From Hormiphora californensis (Eukaryota; Animalia; Ctenophora): 64,000 nt of DNA. The translations under genes and the position numbers were made by a program. The DNA lies in assembly GCA_020137815.1 (NCBI GenBank), contig CM035362.1:124001-188000 (forward strand), read 5' to 3'. The notes beneath the pieces are model-generated. The model was given only the letters and a program-made list of their open reading frames with translations, ran no database searches and had not been told where the DNA came from. This document shows positions 37,001-57,940 of this stretch, one piece after another. Each line of letters begins with the position of its first letter. Position 1 is the first letter of the stretch.

Positions 37001-38303
37001 GTCCAGCGTAGGTACCTGAAGGAATGGGAACATTTGTTGGTTACTTTCTTACTGTTGTTTTGAGATTTCAAGGTTGTCCTCGACAGTCATTCGTAATAAT
37101 ACAAAACAAAAACCAGGGAGTGAAATCCTACCATATTTGATGGTCCGAAAGGCCAGCATTCCCTTCTGTTTCTGTACAATACTGGCAATAAGCCCAGAAT
37201 AAGACCCCGCAGCCCCCATAGCAAACCACTCCCTCCCCCGGGTCAGTTCCCTACAAACACCGTACACACAGAGGGCTCCAAATCCCATCCGCTCCCCATG
37301 ACACAGTCCTGAGAAGAGTGGGGTTATAGTGGAGACCAGTTCAAACAAGTACTCAAACCATCACTGAGGTTCTGAGAACTGGATATTTGACTGTTACTGT
37401 GACAGTGATGATCGATCACTGTCAAAATCTCACCAGCAGGTTCAGGCCTGGTTCCCGGCGGGAGACGGTGCTGCGCGCGGTGTTGGCAGGACCGCATAAA
37501 ATATCCCACGTAGCGCCATGTCCCTCACACCGCACACCCCGCGCGTTACGTCAAACACTGCTGGATTCTCCAAACTTGTGTGACATGCTGTGTCACACAG
37601 CATGTGGGTCGATTCCTGGAAATCGCTGTCCCATCCTAAAGCCTAATTCTCCCAGAACTGTACGTGATTTTTCATCGTACGTGTTTTTAGCCCTTCGTAT
37701 AGATCTTTCATGATCGCTTATCCTTAATTCTAACAGCCGAAGAAAATAAAATAAATGTTGATATGGATTATATCACCTCTCGTTAGTACGTAGCGGTACT
37801 ATGTAAATATCATTTGCATCGCTATAACAGCTAACCTACCTTTATAAAGAAAGACCGCTTTTGGAAGATTCTTAATCCGTGTATAAGCCAGTGCAGTCCC
37901 GCAAAGTACAGTTACATGACCCCAGTGTATGACAGGGAAGAAGAGGGAGTAATGTTTGAGGATTCGACCAACATGTTCTGATTTGCCGTCCCCTCTGGAA
38001 CAGAGTCTTCTACCTTCTAGGTAGCCGGCCGTGCATACACCTGAGAGATGGGGCATGAGGTTTCGTATAGGTATGAAATCTCACAATACTCATACACAGG
38101 AGAAGACTTTTAGTATGAATACTGGTATACTGGTACTAAATCTTGTTTTGTTCAAACCGGGGCGCGGGGAAGGAGGGTCGAGCAAGGCAAACTAAATCAA
38201 CAAAGGTTGCATATCGCTCACCTGTTGTTACGAAAAGCCGTACTAAGTTGAATCGAGAGAGCCGTGTAAAGGCTTTAGTTTGCTGGTAAACTGTTATTGA
38301 CAT
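34056..38303 (-). CDS. Uncharacterised ~320-aa protein: presequence-like N-terminus, Tim17/NDUFA11-like Gly-rich TM segments, EF-hand-like C-terminus; exons 38303-38222, 38040-37840, 37308-37132, 37015-36864, 36733-36610, 34598-34530, 34291-34227, 34148-34056
   Basis: Eight GT-AG exons join in phase with no stop (963 nt). Segments include GLCHGERMGFGALCVYG..R.REWFAMGAAGSYSGLIAS..YGTYAGLVSF and KMFDIIDRIKTGRIKYDHI. The gene model is well supported; the family assignment is tentative. Confidence 0.75.
35190..36590 (+). mobile_element. 5'-truncated L2-type LINE (RT C-terminus, 3'UTR, (TTA)n tail) in an intron, antisense to its host gene
   Basis: WM..HWLKCNESKTE, KTLGIYMD, LVISRLDYCN..YGGLP, LPVEQR..FK, WNALP.ELR and FKTGLKTRLF are present. 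One frameshift near 35717. The (tta)n tail at ~36574-36590 ends ~20 bp from a host splice donor. Confidence 0.9.
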
Positions 38304-38537
38304 AATCCCCCCTGGGAAGATAAATAATGTTAGTTTAGTTAGAAAAACACAATTAAAACAAATGAACTGATTTCTGTAAAACTACTGTGTGATTGGTGTT
38401 GAATTAAAAATAACTTTATATTATTTACAACAGGAAATAAAAAAATAAGGGTCACTAAGGGAAATTGGTTTTCACGATTCCATCTCTCTTTCCCATTTGT
38501 TCATTGTTCATTGTTCATTTGTCTCTCATTCAAGTGA

Positions 38538-47033
<8,496 letters not shown>

Positions 47034-47188
47034 TTGGGAAGGTAACAGTATCTCATCATTTGAATTAAGGGGAGGTGGTCCTTCAGAGTTCAGAAATCAG
47101 AACTGTTTTGTTGGGGTCGTATAAAAACACAGAATCGGTTCAAGTAAAGAAACGAACAATAAAAGAAAAGTAAAGGAGGAAGTTACTA

Positions 47189-47809
47189 CAGTCGGACCCC
47201 GATTTAGTGGCATCCTCGGGGGAAAACAATCCTGCCACTAAATCGGGGTGAGCCATATGTGTCCCATAAAAACCTATTTTATGCCCAAAATGCTATACTA
47301 AGAGTTAAGACTAAAGACACCTCTAACTGTTATATGCAATATTCATGTATTCATGACATGATCATTTCTGATTAGAAATAGAAAACTATAAAATAAATTT
47401 TTCAAAAAATTGCGAAAAATTTTCTAAGTTATACCAGCCCGTCCGATTTGTGTTTCGAATCGGTGCAGCTTCCTGGATGTCCTGTCTAATTAGCGGGTTC
47501 GAACCGATACGTGATACCATGCCGAATCGGGGCACCCTAAGCGGGTGAGGAAGTATCAAAATTTCAAAATACCTTTTTCTCTCAAAATTTATGGGGAGCA
47601 CCGATCAAAGCATTGACAATCGTAATTAGCAGCAGGACATGCGATAAGCACCGATTCGAAACACGATTCGGAAGTGGCTGGTATTCCTTTGAAAAATTTT
47701 CAAAAAAATTTCCAAAAAAATTTCACAAAAAAATTTTTTGGGGGAAAAAAATCCTGCCACTAAATCGGGGTGCCACTAAATCGGGGGCCACTAAATCGGG
47801 GTCCGACTG
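47189..47809. mobile_element. Tc1/mariner-type MITE
   Basis: TA|CAGTCGGACCCCGATTTAGTGGC ... GCCACTAAATCGGGGTCCGACTG|TA gives TIRs with a TA target duplication. There are also internal inverted segments at ~47400-47490 and 47620-47705. Confidence 0.85.
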
Positions 47810-48091
47810 TACAAATTTACAAAATATATACACAAAAACTTGAACTTTTCTGATTGAGAATGTTGATCCTCTCGAATATCTGGTAGAGAATCAGTAGCAC
47901 TAACCGATAACCCCAAACAAAACCTAACCCGACCCTAAAAACAGCACTAACCCGTCTCGACCGCCAAAATCGATGAATTGTTAGCAATGGAAGGCACCCA
48001 TATTTTAACTTTGCCCGGGTCCGACTGTATTGTTGATTAAAAAACCTCATGTTGTGTTTTAGAAATCTCAATAGTTTTGCAGTTGGTACCA

Positions 48092-48580
48092 TCAATACAT
48101 CTGCTGTACGATCATGGCTTGTTGAGTTCCGTCCTCCGCAGTTACGTATACCACCGATTGGAGTAGTGCACCGCCCGCTCTATTCATATCATAAGCCATT
48201 TTCACATTGATAGAGAGCAGTACCACTAATGCAACAGACAGGAGGATAGCCGGGATCAAAATGAAAGCTATAAAAACCCATTCGACATATAAAAGCGCTA
48301 TAAGTACGACCACGTAGCCTATGACCAACAGGAACTGCAGAACGGCTCCCACAAGAGCAATAATTGACATGATGAGTTGACCCTTAGCGGATAATTTCTT
48401 GCACTGCACGACAATCATTGCAATACAGAGTCCACCAGTTATCAGCGAGAGAAGAGCGAAGAAGGCAAAGATGTAACCTAAGTACCCTACACTAATGACC
48501 ACTAATGCCACCATCAGAAGTACCTCCATTCCCAGTGAAACTGAACAAAGGGTTATCCCCACTTTTCTCTTCGTCTCCAT
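48092..48580 (-). CDS. Four-TM small membrane protein, tandem paralog 1
   Basis: Intact 162-aa ORF with four hydrophobic segments. METKRKVGITLCSVSLG and QSVVYVTAEDGT are shared with three neighbours. Confidence 0.85.
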   Translation of the reverse strand: METKRKVGITLCSVSLGMEVLLMVALVVISVGYLGYIFAFFALLSLITGGLCIAMIVVQCKKLSAKGQLIMSIIALVGAVLQFLLVIGYVVVLIALLYVEWVFIAFILIPAILLSVALVVLLSINVKMAYDMNRAGGALLQSVVYVTAEDGTQQAMIVQQMY

Positions 48581-49154
48581 GGCCTAGATAGTTGAGTGAT
48601 GGTAATTAGGATTCATTTTACACGGTATTATATATGTAATTGGGTATATGATAGGGGCAAATCAGTGTTGAAGTATGAGAGAATTAGAGCAGAAGTTTGG
48701 AAAAGAAATTATATAGCTTTTCATGACATGAAAGCATCTGCGTCGTTTGAAACGGGGTGCCCACTGCCCGATATATCGGGATGGAATACTAATACTATTA
48801 ATTTCCTATATCAGGGGGAGTTTATCCTCCCGGTAAATTGGGGTGCCCGGTATATCGAGGTCCGACTGTTCTATCAAAGAAACGAAATATATAAAATAAT
48901 TCAAGCTAAGTAAGTTCCAAACTACAAATAACACAAAAACTTCAACTTTTCTGATTCAGAATATTGATATTATATATCTTTATCGAGTATACAGTATGTA
49001 CTAAATTCATACATTAGTACAAGATACTAACATAGTAACATAAACACGTCATGAACTAACTGCAATACAAATACTTATAAATTGTTTCTGTTTTTCTTCC
49101 AGTTCTGCTGTTTTTAATAAAAGAAATTGTAATGGGTAGTATGGAAGATCTAAC

Positions 49155-49667
49155 TTAGGCCGCATAATTTTGACCGCCAGTTATGTTGGTTCCGTCCTCC
49201 GCAGTTACGTATACCACCGATTGAAGTGGTACACCGCCTGCTCTATTAATATCATTAGCAATTTTGACAATATTAGAGATCATTACCACTACTGCAATAG
49301 AGAGGATGGTAACGGGGGCCAGAATGAAAATTAGAATAACATAGCGAATTCCATCAGAATCCGAAGATGAAGATGGTGCGGTATATACGATTATGAGATA
49401 GATAGCAATGGGCACGATGAACTGCAGAACGGCTCCCACAAGAGCAATAACTGACATGATGAGTTGAAGTCTAGCGGATAAATTCATGCACTGCACGACA
49501 ATCATTGCAATACAGAGTCCACCAATTATTAGCGGGAGAGGGGTAAAGAAGGAGAAATAGGATTCTTCCAACCCTATAACGACCCCTACAGCTGCCCCTA
49601 CCAGAAGCACCTCTATTCCAAGCGAAACTGAACAAAGCGTTATCCCCACTTTCCTCTTCGTCTCCAT
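49155..49667 (-). CDS. Four-TM small membrane protein, tandem paralog 2 (altered C-terminus)
   Basis: Intact 170-aa ORF. A short deletion relative to paralog 3 replaces QQAMVVQQM with NITGGQNYAA. Confidence 0.85.
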   Translation of the reverse strand: METKRKVGITLCSVSLGIEVLLVGAAVGVVIGLEESYFSFFTPLPLIIGGLCIAMIVVQCMNLSARLQLIMSVIALVGAVLQFIVPIAIYLIIVYTAPSSSSDSDGIRYVILIFILAPVTILSIAVVVMISNIVKIANDINRAGGVPLQSVVYVTAEDGTNITGGQNYAA

Positions 49668-50176
49668 GGCCTAGATTGGTATAAGATTGGTATAAGATTC
49701 ATTTTGTACGGTATTATATAATAGCCAGCGTTAAAATCTGGGTTAGGGCTGGGGTTTGGGTTGGGGCTAGGCCTTCATATTTCCTACCTGATAAAGTTTT
49801 AATTAGCTAAAACGGTTGAGTGGTTTGGCGGTTAGAGCTATTTCGGGGTCCGACTGTACTACATATTAAAGAAACGAATTATATAAACTAATTTAAGTCA
49901 AGTAATATACTAACTACAAATAACACAAAAAATTCAACTTTTCTGATTCAGAATGGTCATATTATATCTTAATCCAGTATGTACTAAATTCATACATTAG
50001 TACATGATACTAACATAGTTACATAAACACGTCATGTCGTAATTGCAATACAAATACTTATAATTGTTTTTGTTTTTACTATAGTTTTGCTGTTTTTAAT
50101 AAACGAAGTTGTAATAGGTAGTATGGAAGATCTAACTTAGGCCGCACTTTTGACCGCCAGTTTATGTTGGTTACCA

Positions 50177-50683
50177 TTAATTCATCTGCTGTACGACCAT
50201 TGCTTGTTGAGTTCCGTCCTCCGCAGTTACGTATACCACCGATTGATTTGGTGCACCGCCTGCTCTATTCATATCATGAGCCATTTTGACATTGACAGAG
50301 AGCAGTACCACTACTGCAACAGCAAGAATCATAACCGGGATCAAACTGAAAATTAGAACAATAAAGCGAATTCCATCGGTATCCGAGGATGGTCCGGTAT
50401 ATATGATTATGAGAAAGATAGCGATGGGCACGATGAACTGCAGAACGGCTCCCACAAGAGCAATAACTGACATGATGAGTTGAAGTCTAGCGGATAAATT
50501 CTTGCACTGTACGACAATCATTGCAATACAGAGTCCACCAATTATCAGCGGGAGAGGGGTAAAGTAGGAGAAATCGTCTTCTTCCCACCCTATAACGATC
50601 CCTATAGCTGCCCCTACCAGAAGCACCTCTATTCCCAGTGAAACTGAACAAAGGGTTATCCCCACTTTTCTCTTCGTCTCCAT
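50177..50683 (-). CDS. Four-TM small membrane protein, tandem paralog 3
   Basis: Intact 168-aa ORF, closest to paralog 2. Confidence 0.85.
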   Translation of the reverse strand: METKRKVGITLCSVSLGIEVLLVGAAIGIVIGWEEDDFSYFTPLPLIIGGLCIAMIVVQCKNLSARLQLIMSVIALVGAVLQFIVPIAIFLIIIYTGPSSDTDGIRFIVLIFSLIPVMILAVAVVVLLSVNVKMAHDMNRAGGAPNQSVVYVTAEDGTQQAMVVQQMN

Positions 50684-51316
50684 GGCCTAGATAGTTGAGT
50701 GATGGTAATTAAGATTCATTTTGCACGGTATTATATGATAGCCAGCGTTAAAATCTGGGTGTTTCGTGAGTGCTGACAAACGGTTTTTTAGGGTTGGGGC
50801 TAAAGTAGGGTTATGATTAGGGCTGGGGTTTGGGTTGGGGTTAGGCCTTGACATTTCCTACCAGATAAACTTTGAATTAGCTAAAACGGTTGAGTGGTTT
50901 GGCGGTTAGAGCCATTTTAGTGAATCGACTTTTTTGGAAGTGTGCACCAGTAAACAGGCCACCAAACACCCAGATCGTAACGGCGCCCTTATATAATGGG
51001 GTATAAAGTGCGATTTTTAATAAAGCGAACCGCTTGCGCGCAAATCAGAGCATTTCACGTGCATCACATGCACACGTCACGTCCTGGTTCGCTTTCTTAA
51101 AAATCGGACTAGGGGGAGTTTATCCTCCCGGTAAATTGGGGTGCCCGGTAAATCGGGGTCCGACTGTACTATTAAAGAAACGAAATATATACAAAATAAT
51201 TCAAGTTAAGTAAGTTCCAAACTACAAATAACACAAAAACTTCAACTTTTCTGATTCAGAATGGTGATATCATATATCTTTATCGAGTATGCACTCAACA
51301 TACTCATACATTTGTA

Positions 51317-51473
51317 CAGTCGGACCCCGATTTAGTGGCACCCCGATTTAGGGACAGGATTTTTTCCCCCCGATATACGAAAATTAACATTATTTGAACC
51401 CGATTTAGTGGACACCCCGATTTAGTGGACAAGAGTCTTTCCCCGAGGGTGCCGTTAAATCGGGGTCCGACTG
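51317..51473. mobile_element. Short Tc1/mariner-type MITE, same family as 47189-47809
   Basis: TA|CAGTCGGACCCCGATTTA ... TAAATCGGGGTCCGACTG|TA. Confidence 0.85.
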
Positions 51474-51813
51474 TAAATGATACTAACATAGTTTTTTCAG
51501 TTCTGCTGTTTTTTAATAAAAGAAGTTGTTATAATGGGTACATAGTATGAAAGATCCAATTTTATTGTTACCATTAATTCATAAATCTCAATAGTTTTAC
51601 AGATCATGATAATGTACTACATTAACCGTAGTATTATGCACTATGCTGCAGGGACATCACACACACATCACCCACACACATGATATTGATCAAGCCTGAA
51701 CAACAGGTTATTGAATCAATCGACCGTTCAACGGTACGAGGTGCCAACACTGATTTCGTGCAGTTGATCCGAGGATCACGAATTCAATTAATTGAGTTTT
51801 ACAGATGGTACCA

Positions 51814-52296
51814 TTAATACATCTGCTGTACGATCATGGCTTGTTGAGTTCCGTCCTCCGCAGTTACGTATACCACCGATTGAAGTGGTGCACCGCCTGC
51901 TCTATTCATATCATGAGCCATTTTCACATTGACAGATAGCAGTACCAATACTGCAACAGAGAGGATCATAACCGGGATCAGAATGAAAAGTATAATAATA
52001 TAACCAACTGCATCGGAATCCGAGGATGATCCGGAATAAGAGATTATAAGTAAGATGGCCACCGGCATAAGGAACTGCAAAACGGCTACCACAAGAGCAA
52101 TAATTGACATGATGAGTTGACCCTTAGGGGAAAGATTCTTGCACTGTACGACAATCATTGCAATACAGAGTCCACCAACTATCAGCGGGAGAGGGACAAA
52201 GTAGAAATACAAGAATACTACGAACCCTAGCAGAATCACCTCTATTCCAAGTGAAACTGAACAAAGCGTTATCCCCACTTTTCTCTTCGTCTCCAT
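51814..52296 (-). CDS. Four-TM small membrane protein, tandem paralog 4
   Basis: Intact 160-aa ORF with the same conserved blocks. Confidence 0.85.
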   Translation of the reverse strand: METKRKVGITLCSVSLGIEVILLGFVVFLYFYFVPLPLIVGGLCIAMIVVQCKNLSPKGQLIMSIIALVVAVLQFLMPVAILLIISYSGSSSDSDAVGYIIILFILIPVMILSVAVLVLLSVNVKMAHDMNRAGGAPLQSVVYVTAEDGTQQAMIVQQMY

Positions 52297-52942
52297 GGCC
52301 TAGATAGTTGAGTGATGGTAATTAGGATTCATTTTGCAGGGTATTATATACTGGGGTCATTAACAGTAGGAGCTTAAGTAGTGGAGAAACGGTTTTCAAA
52401 AATGGTGCGCTTTTGAACCGTTTTTGAAAAGCGTTCCTCCACTGCAAGCTGTCAGGCCAATACTCTGACAGATTGTAAGCGGCCTGATAAGGGGCAGTTA
52501 GCTATGTGACCCATTTCCATGTATCCGTCTAGTAAATCAGGTTTTCGGTACAGGGTCATACTGTCATTTGTAGTTTACGACACATTTAAAAAGCATAGTT
52601 TATGTAATACATCATTAAAAGTTGAACATGGTAAAAATGTTGCAAAAGTATATAAATGACTGAAAACTAGAAAATATATCTCAACATTATATTCTGTACA
52701 TGCAATAAGTTTAATTTTCTCACAAATCGAGTAAAGTCTGGTCAATTGTTTTGTTCAGTCTAGCTTGGCAACTGGTCTGAATTCTGAATTCTGATTCCAC
52801 ACGAAGTGCGAACCTACAACTTACAACTACCAAAGTTGCAGTTATGAACGTTTAACCACACACTTCTTCACACACACACACACACACCTTCACACACCAA
52901 GATTCAAGACTGCTCTCCAAATTGTAACACACATTATGTCTC

Positions 52943-54744
52943 TCAACTCCATGGACTCTCTAAAAGTTGACTCTGTTCCTCCTCCTCCTTCATTGGTGGT
53001 TGATACCCGTACCTGCGTCTTACTACCCTCCTGTAACCATGGTAACCGGTAAACCCTACCACGCATACCACACCAACTACCATAAAGACCATCCCGTAGA
53101 GAGGTATCAGCTTCCTGTCAGTGTCAACTGGTTCGTAGTGGAATTTACCGAAATCAGCCGGTGGAATGTTTGTTTGCTGTTTTGATGAAAGAGCAGCTGG
53201 TTGGTTGCTGGGAACTGCGAAGAGCATTTGAAGGCTATCCAATACCCCTCCCTTGTGGGGGACACTATCTGGAGAACACTCGCAGTTCTCTCTCCCACAA
53301 CACACAAGCGCTGATTCACTCTCACTGTAATCAGCCACAGATCGTAACACACCTGACCTGTTGTAATACCTGTTAAATGCAATCAGGCATTCCTCGTATA
53401 ACCGGAGTTTAAAGTAGTTGTAAGTTAGGTTATTGAACTCAGCTTTATCACCAAGGAGATCGAATGCGAGGGGGTACTGGATGTTCCACTTCCCCTAGGT
53501 CGGGAGAGGTAACATTGTTACACCCCTTCACGCCACTTGTTCTCCAGTATACTTTGTCAGTTGAACTTCCGGATCGCTGTTATCCTTGTTGTACCATCAC
53601 CAAAAAATGCGAGAGAGTCTCGTGTGGAGGAATGGGTGAAATTACGTTTTTCTGAAGACCAATCTTCGCTGATGCTCCGGCCATCAAAAAGTCGGTCAGA
53701 AGGTAGGGTGAGATTGGCTAGTGTTGCAATTGTGGGCAGAATGTCCAGTACAGACGTTAAGTCGATCTGTCGTGGTTTTAGGGTCCACTACGCCAGGGTA
53801 GACAATTCCAAAGGGTACCCGTACTCCACCCTCCCAGGTTGTACCAGCCGTTGGGGCGGTTCCTTTGTAGTTTGTTGGCTGCCACAACCCCAGGAAGGGA
53901 CCCACGTTCCCGGATCGGTCGCACATACTTGCTATTGGGCCTCGCTTGGAAGAAAACATTCTGACGGTGGTGTACTCTAGTCCGTGTGAAACAAGAAGGT
54001 CCTCCGTTTTACCAACAAGAGAATCCAAATCACCGAGAACCATCTCATGGGTTGGAATCGCATCGCTAATCTTGGGGAGGTTAACCGCAAACGGGGAGAC
54101 AATAAGGAAGAAGGGTTGTTTTGCCATGAATGCATCACCCACAAACCTCCTGATTTTCCTCATCACCGCATCGTTAGTAAAGTTGGCAAATCGTGCCGGT
54201 TGTTGCACGACAACATCATTCTCAAACAGCGGCAGACCCCGATCTTTGTTGCATACCGAGTCTTTTGAGGGTGTATCAGCAATGACACACCCGTCATCAC
54301 GAGTATAGGGCGCACCGTAGAAGTAGTCGAACCCCCGGTTAGTAGGCAGATACCCTTCAGTATGCCCTAAATCCCAGACACCGAAATACCCCGTGGTGTA
54401 TCCAGCCTGTTTAAGGTAATCTGCTATGGTCAGTTCTGTTAGAGGTAACCCTGCAATACTGTACCCTCCAAACCACTTTGTAACACCCGTCCAAGGAGCT
54501 GCACGGCCTGTCAGTAAAGCAGCCATGCTCGCACTAGGATTAGTTCCAGAGAGATAGAAATCCTTGTAGTTCAAGTCCTCGTTCAATAAGATCATCGATA
54601 TTGAGGGTTGCTGTGGTGTATGGGTTATTAGCCCCGATATCTCCATACCCAACACCATGACCCAGCGTGATGATAATATTGGGAGGGATTGCAGCGAGAT
54701 AGGCTGGGAGGATGGAGAGGACCAGGAGAATAGGGTAATGGCAT
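52943..54744 (-). CDS. Arylsulfatase A/G-like type I membrane protein with degenerate active site; intronless; about four 1-nt frameshifts
   Basis: Signal peptide, then PNIIITLGHGVGYGDIG, AALLTGR, GLPLTELTIADYLKQAGYTT, WDLG..LPTNRGFDYFYG, TTWEGGVRVP, LDILPT and DGRSI, and a C-terminal TM helix with a short tail. Confidence 0.8.
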
Positions 54745-54901
54745 GTTGCTAGAAATATACAGAGGTTAATATAATACAGCGATGGTAGTGATAGAAAGGT
54801 GGCAGCGGCTAAACTGCCCAAAACGACACAGAAGAAAAACAATCTAAGAGCAAATATAGTGCTATGTAAACCTGCATAAAACAACATGACAAGAATATAA
54901 T

Positions 54902-55540
<639 letters not shown>

Positions 55541-56983
55541 GGCTCTGAAAAGAGGGACTACCGTTGAACAACGATTCAACAGGTGACGCGTCAGCACCAC
55601 TGCCATCCACTGGGCGCTATGGGTAGCGGTATGTTTGAACAAGACAACTGATTTATTTATGGATTAATTTAATACGTCATTCCAATGCTTCCAGGAAGAA
55701 GACTTTATGGCGGTGAAGCATTGGTGTACGCGAGGAGTTTCCAGTTAATTCCAAAAGTGGAGACCGAAGTTCTGATATTCTGAGATTTGCCCAAAAAAGC
55801 ATGTTAAGTCGGATATTTTGAAATTTTCACCAGCTTTTCACACTTGGATTTGTTTTGTACGCCTAGAAGTACGACAAAAAGTAATAAATACCACGCGGTT
55901 GGGGTGACAACTTTTAAAAAATGCGACTTCAAGTTTTCAGGGCGCGATTATAATCTGGGTGCCTTGCAGCGTGTTTACAGGTGCGCGCTACCAAAAGAGT
56001 ACACTTAGACCGACTTTTTTCAAACGGCTATAGCCACGCAACCACATGGCCAATCTGAGTAAACTAAACGGTAACTGATAGAGAATCGATAGCCCTAACC
56101 GATAACCCTAAACCAAACCCTAACCAGACCCTAACGGATAGCCCTAACCCGTCGCGTGCGCTAAAACTACGAATTGTTAGCAATGAAAGGTACCCATATT
56201 TTAACGTTTTCCAAGTTTTGACTCCATATTTTTTATCTGAAAATGAAAAGGTCCAAACAAATTGCGTTGCAATAAAATGTAACGCGCGGTAGTTTTCAAT
56301 ATAAGCGAAGCATTGTGGCGCGCAAGAAAATCTAGTAGAAAATCGAAACTTTCTTGAACAAAATAAAAAAGATCCGATGCCTTCAATAGGGATCCTTGAA
56401 AAGCGCTGCCTTATCCCGCGCTGCGCGTGGCGCAGAACAGGGATAAGGAGGGAACACCGCGCATGTACAGGATCCTGTCCCAAGTCATTTTGACCATGTT
56501 CCGGAGGTCCTACAATCACCAAATTTTGGGAATTGGTAGCATTTGACATGAATTTGATGACTCTTTTTTCAATTTTGGAAATCGATCACTTTTGCACGCG
56601 CAAATGTAGAGCCGCGCACACTATTTAATATTGCTAACGCGCATGTGTTAAAGTGAGCCGCGCACCAATTTCAAATGATTCTGGAAAAAATATCATTCGA
56701 TTTCCACTGGTTCGACCCAAATCCAATATGGCCGACTCTCAGTTAGCGAAAACCCAAAGAAAATTGCTATGAGTTGGTTTGAATAGAGTACTTACTTCCT
56801 TCCGTGTTATGTACTTCATGAGGGCAAAGATAAAATTGCCTTACCTAATAAGGATATGCTCCAATCCGTTATTATTTAGCTTAATCATTCAAACTTTTCA
56901 ACACTACTTTAAACAAATTAATTTGAGCAGGAAGATGAATCCGATGTAACAGCCCCGAAGGGCAGAAAAACGAAACGTTGATA

Positions 56984-57940
56984 ATGTCGGAAGCGAAGTA
57001 CGAGGGCGATAACCCTATGATAAAACGATTAGAAGAGACGGTGGATGACTTTGTTTCTGAAGTTTACCTGTTGAATTCGGACAACACGACGAGCATCACA
57101 CCAGATGAGTTTACTCAATGTTATAGATCGATTCAAGCTGCACCCGATTCAATGTTAACCAACGACAGCTTAGCTGCGCCTAGCAAGCACTGGGGTTCGT
57201 ACTTTAGACATTGTCTCAAGGACCGAACTACGAGTGAAATAATCGAGGCTACTTCGCGTATTTTTCTCTCCAGTATGAAACTTGCCCGAGCAACAATGAA
57301 CAATTTTGAAACGGTTATCAGTGTGGAAAACCTCGAGAAACAGCTGCGTGAATGTAAAGAAGAACTTGACCGCCATCGGGTTAACGTAATCGAGCTTCAG
57401 CAAACGGTTATCAACCACCAGAAGCAACAACTCAGTACAGTGACAGCATCGGTGCAGAAGGTGAAAGCCTACTCTACTGTGCTAGCACAGAATTGTGCTG
57501 CAACCTCCCCCAAAGTGGGAAAACCACTACCAGTGAATCATCCTACTCCCGTCCAACAGCCCGGAAGAGAGAAGAACATGGTTGTGTTTGGTCTCCCAGA
57601 AACAACCGATAGAGTAGCTAAAACTACTTTAGACGAACTTTTTGAGGAATTAAATGAGAAACCGAAAGTGACTACGATGAAACGCATCGGCGAAAGAAAT
57701 GAGAAGCGCCCTAGACCGCTCTTAGTATCCCTGGAGAAGAGAGCGACTCTCCTCGCACTCCTCAGAAAGGCACGAAACCTCAAAGACTCGAAACAGTTTT
57801 CGGCTGTTTATCTCTCTCCGGATCTTACGCCCTCTGAACTGAAAGAGCAAAAAGCTCTAAGGTCCACTTTGAAGCGGATACGATCAGAAGATCCTGACGG
57901 CTGCTACTTCATCCGTAATAATCTTATCCAAGTGGGATAG
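56984..57940 (+). CDS. LINE (CR1/L2-group) ORF1 protein: coiled coil plus RRM-like domain
   Basis: Intact ORF with a coiled coil, REKNMVVFGLPE, RIG..KRPRPLLV and VYLSPDLT..E. The start of an APE-like ORF2 (SCLYTNC..YKL, ~58020-58065) follows and breaks off. Confidence 0.8.
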   Translation: MSEAKYEGDNPMIKRLEETVDDFVSEVYLLNSDNTTSITPDEFTQCYRSIQAAPDSMLTNDSLAAPSKHWGSYFRHCLKDRTTSEIIEATSRIFLSSMKLARATMNNFETVISVENLEKQLRECKEELDRHRVNVIELQQTVINHQKQQLSTVTASVQKVKAYSTVLAQNCAATSPKVGKPLPVNHPTPVQQPGREKNMVVFGLPETTDRVAKTTLDELFEELNEKPKVTTMKRIGERNEKRPRPLLVSLEKRATLLALLRKARNLKDSKQFSAVYLSPDLTPSELKEQKALRSTLKRIRSEDPDGCYFIRNNLIQVG

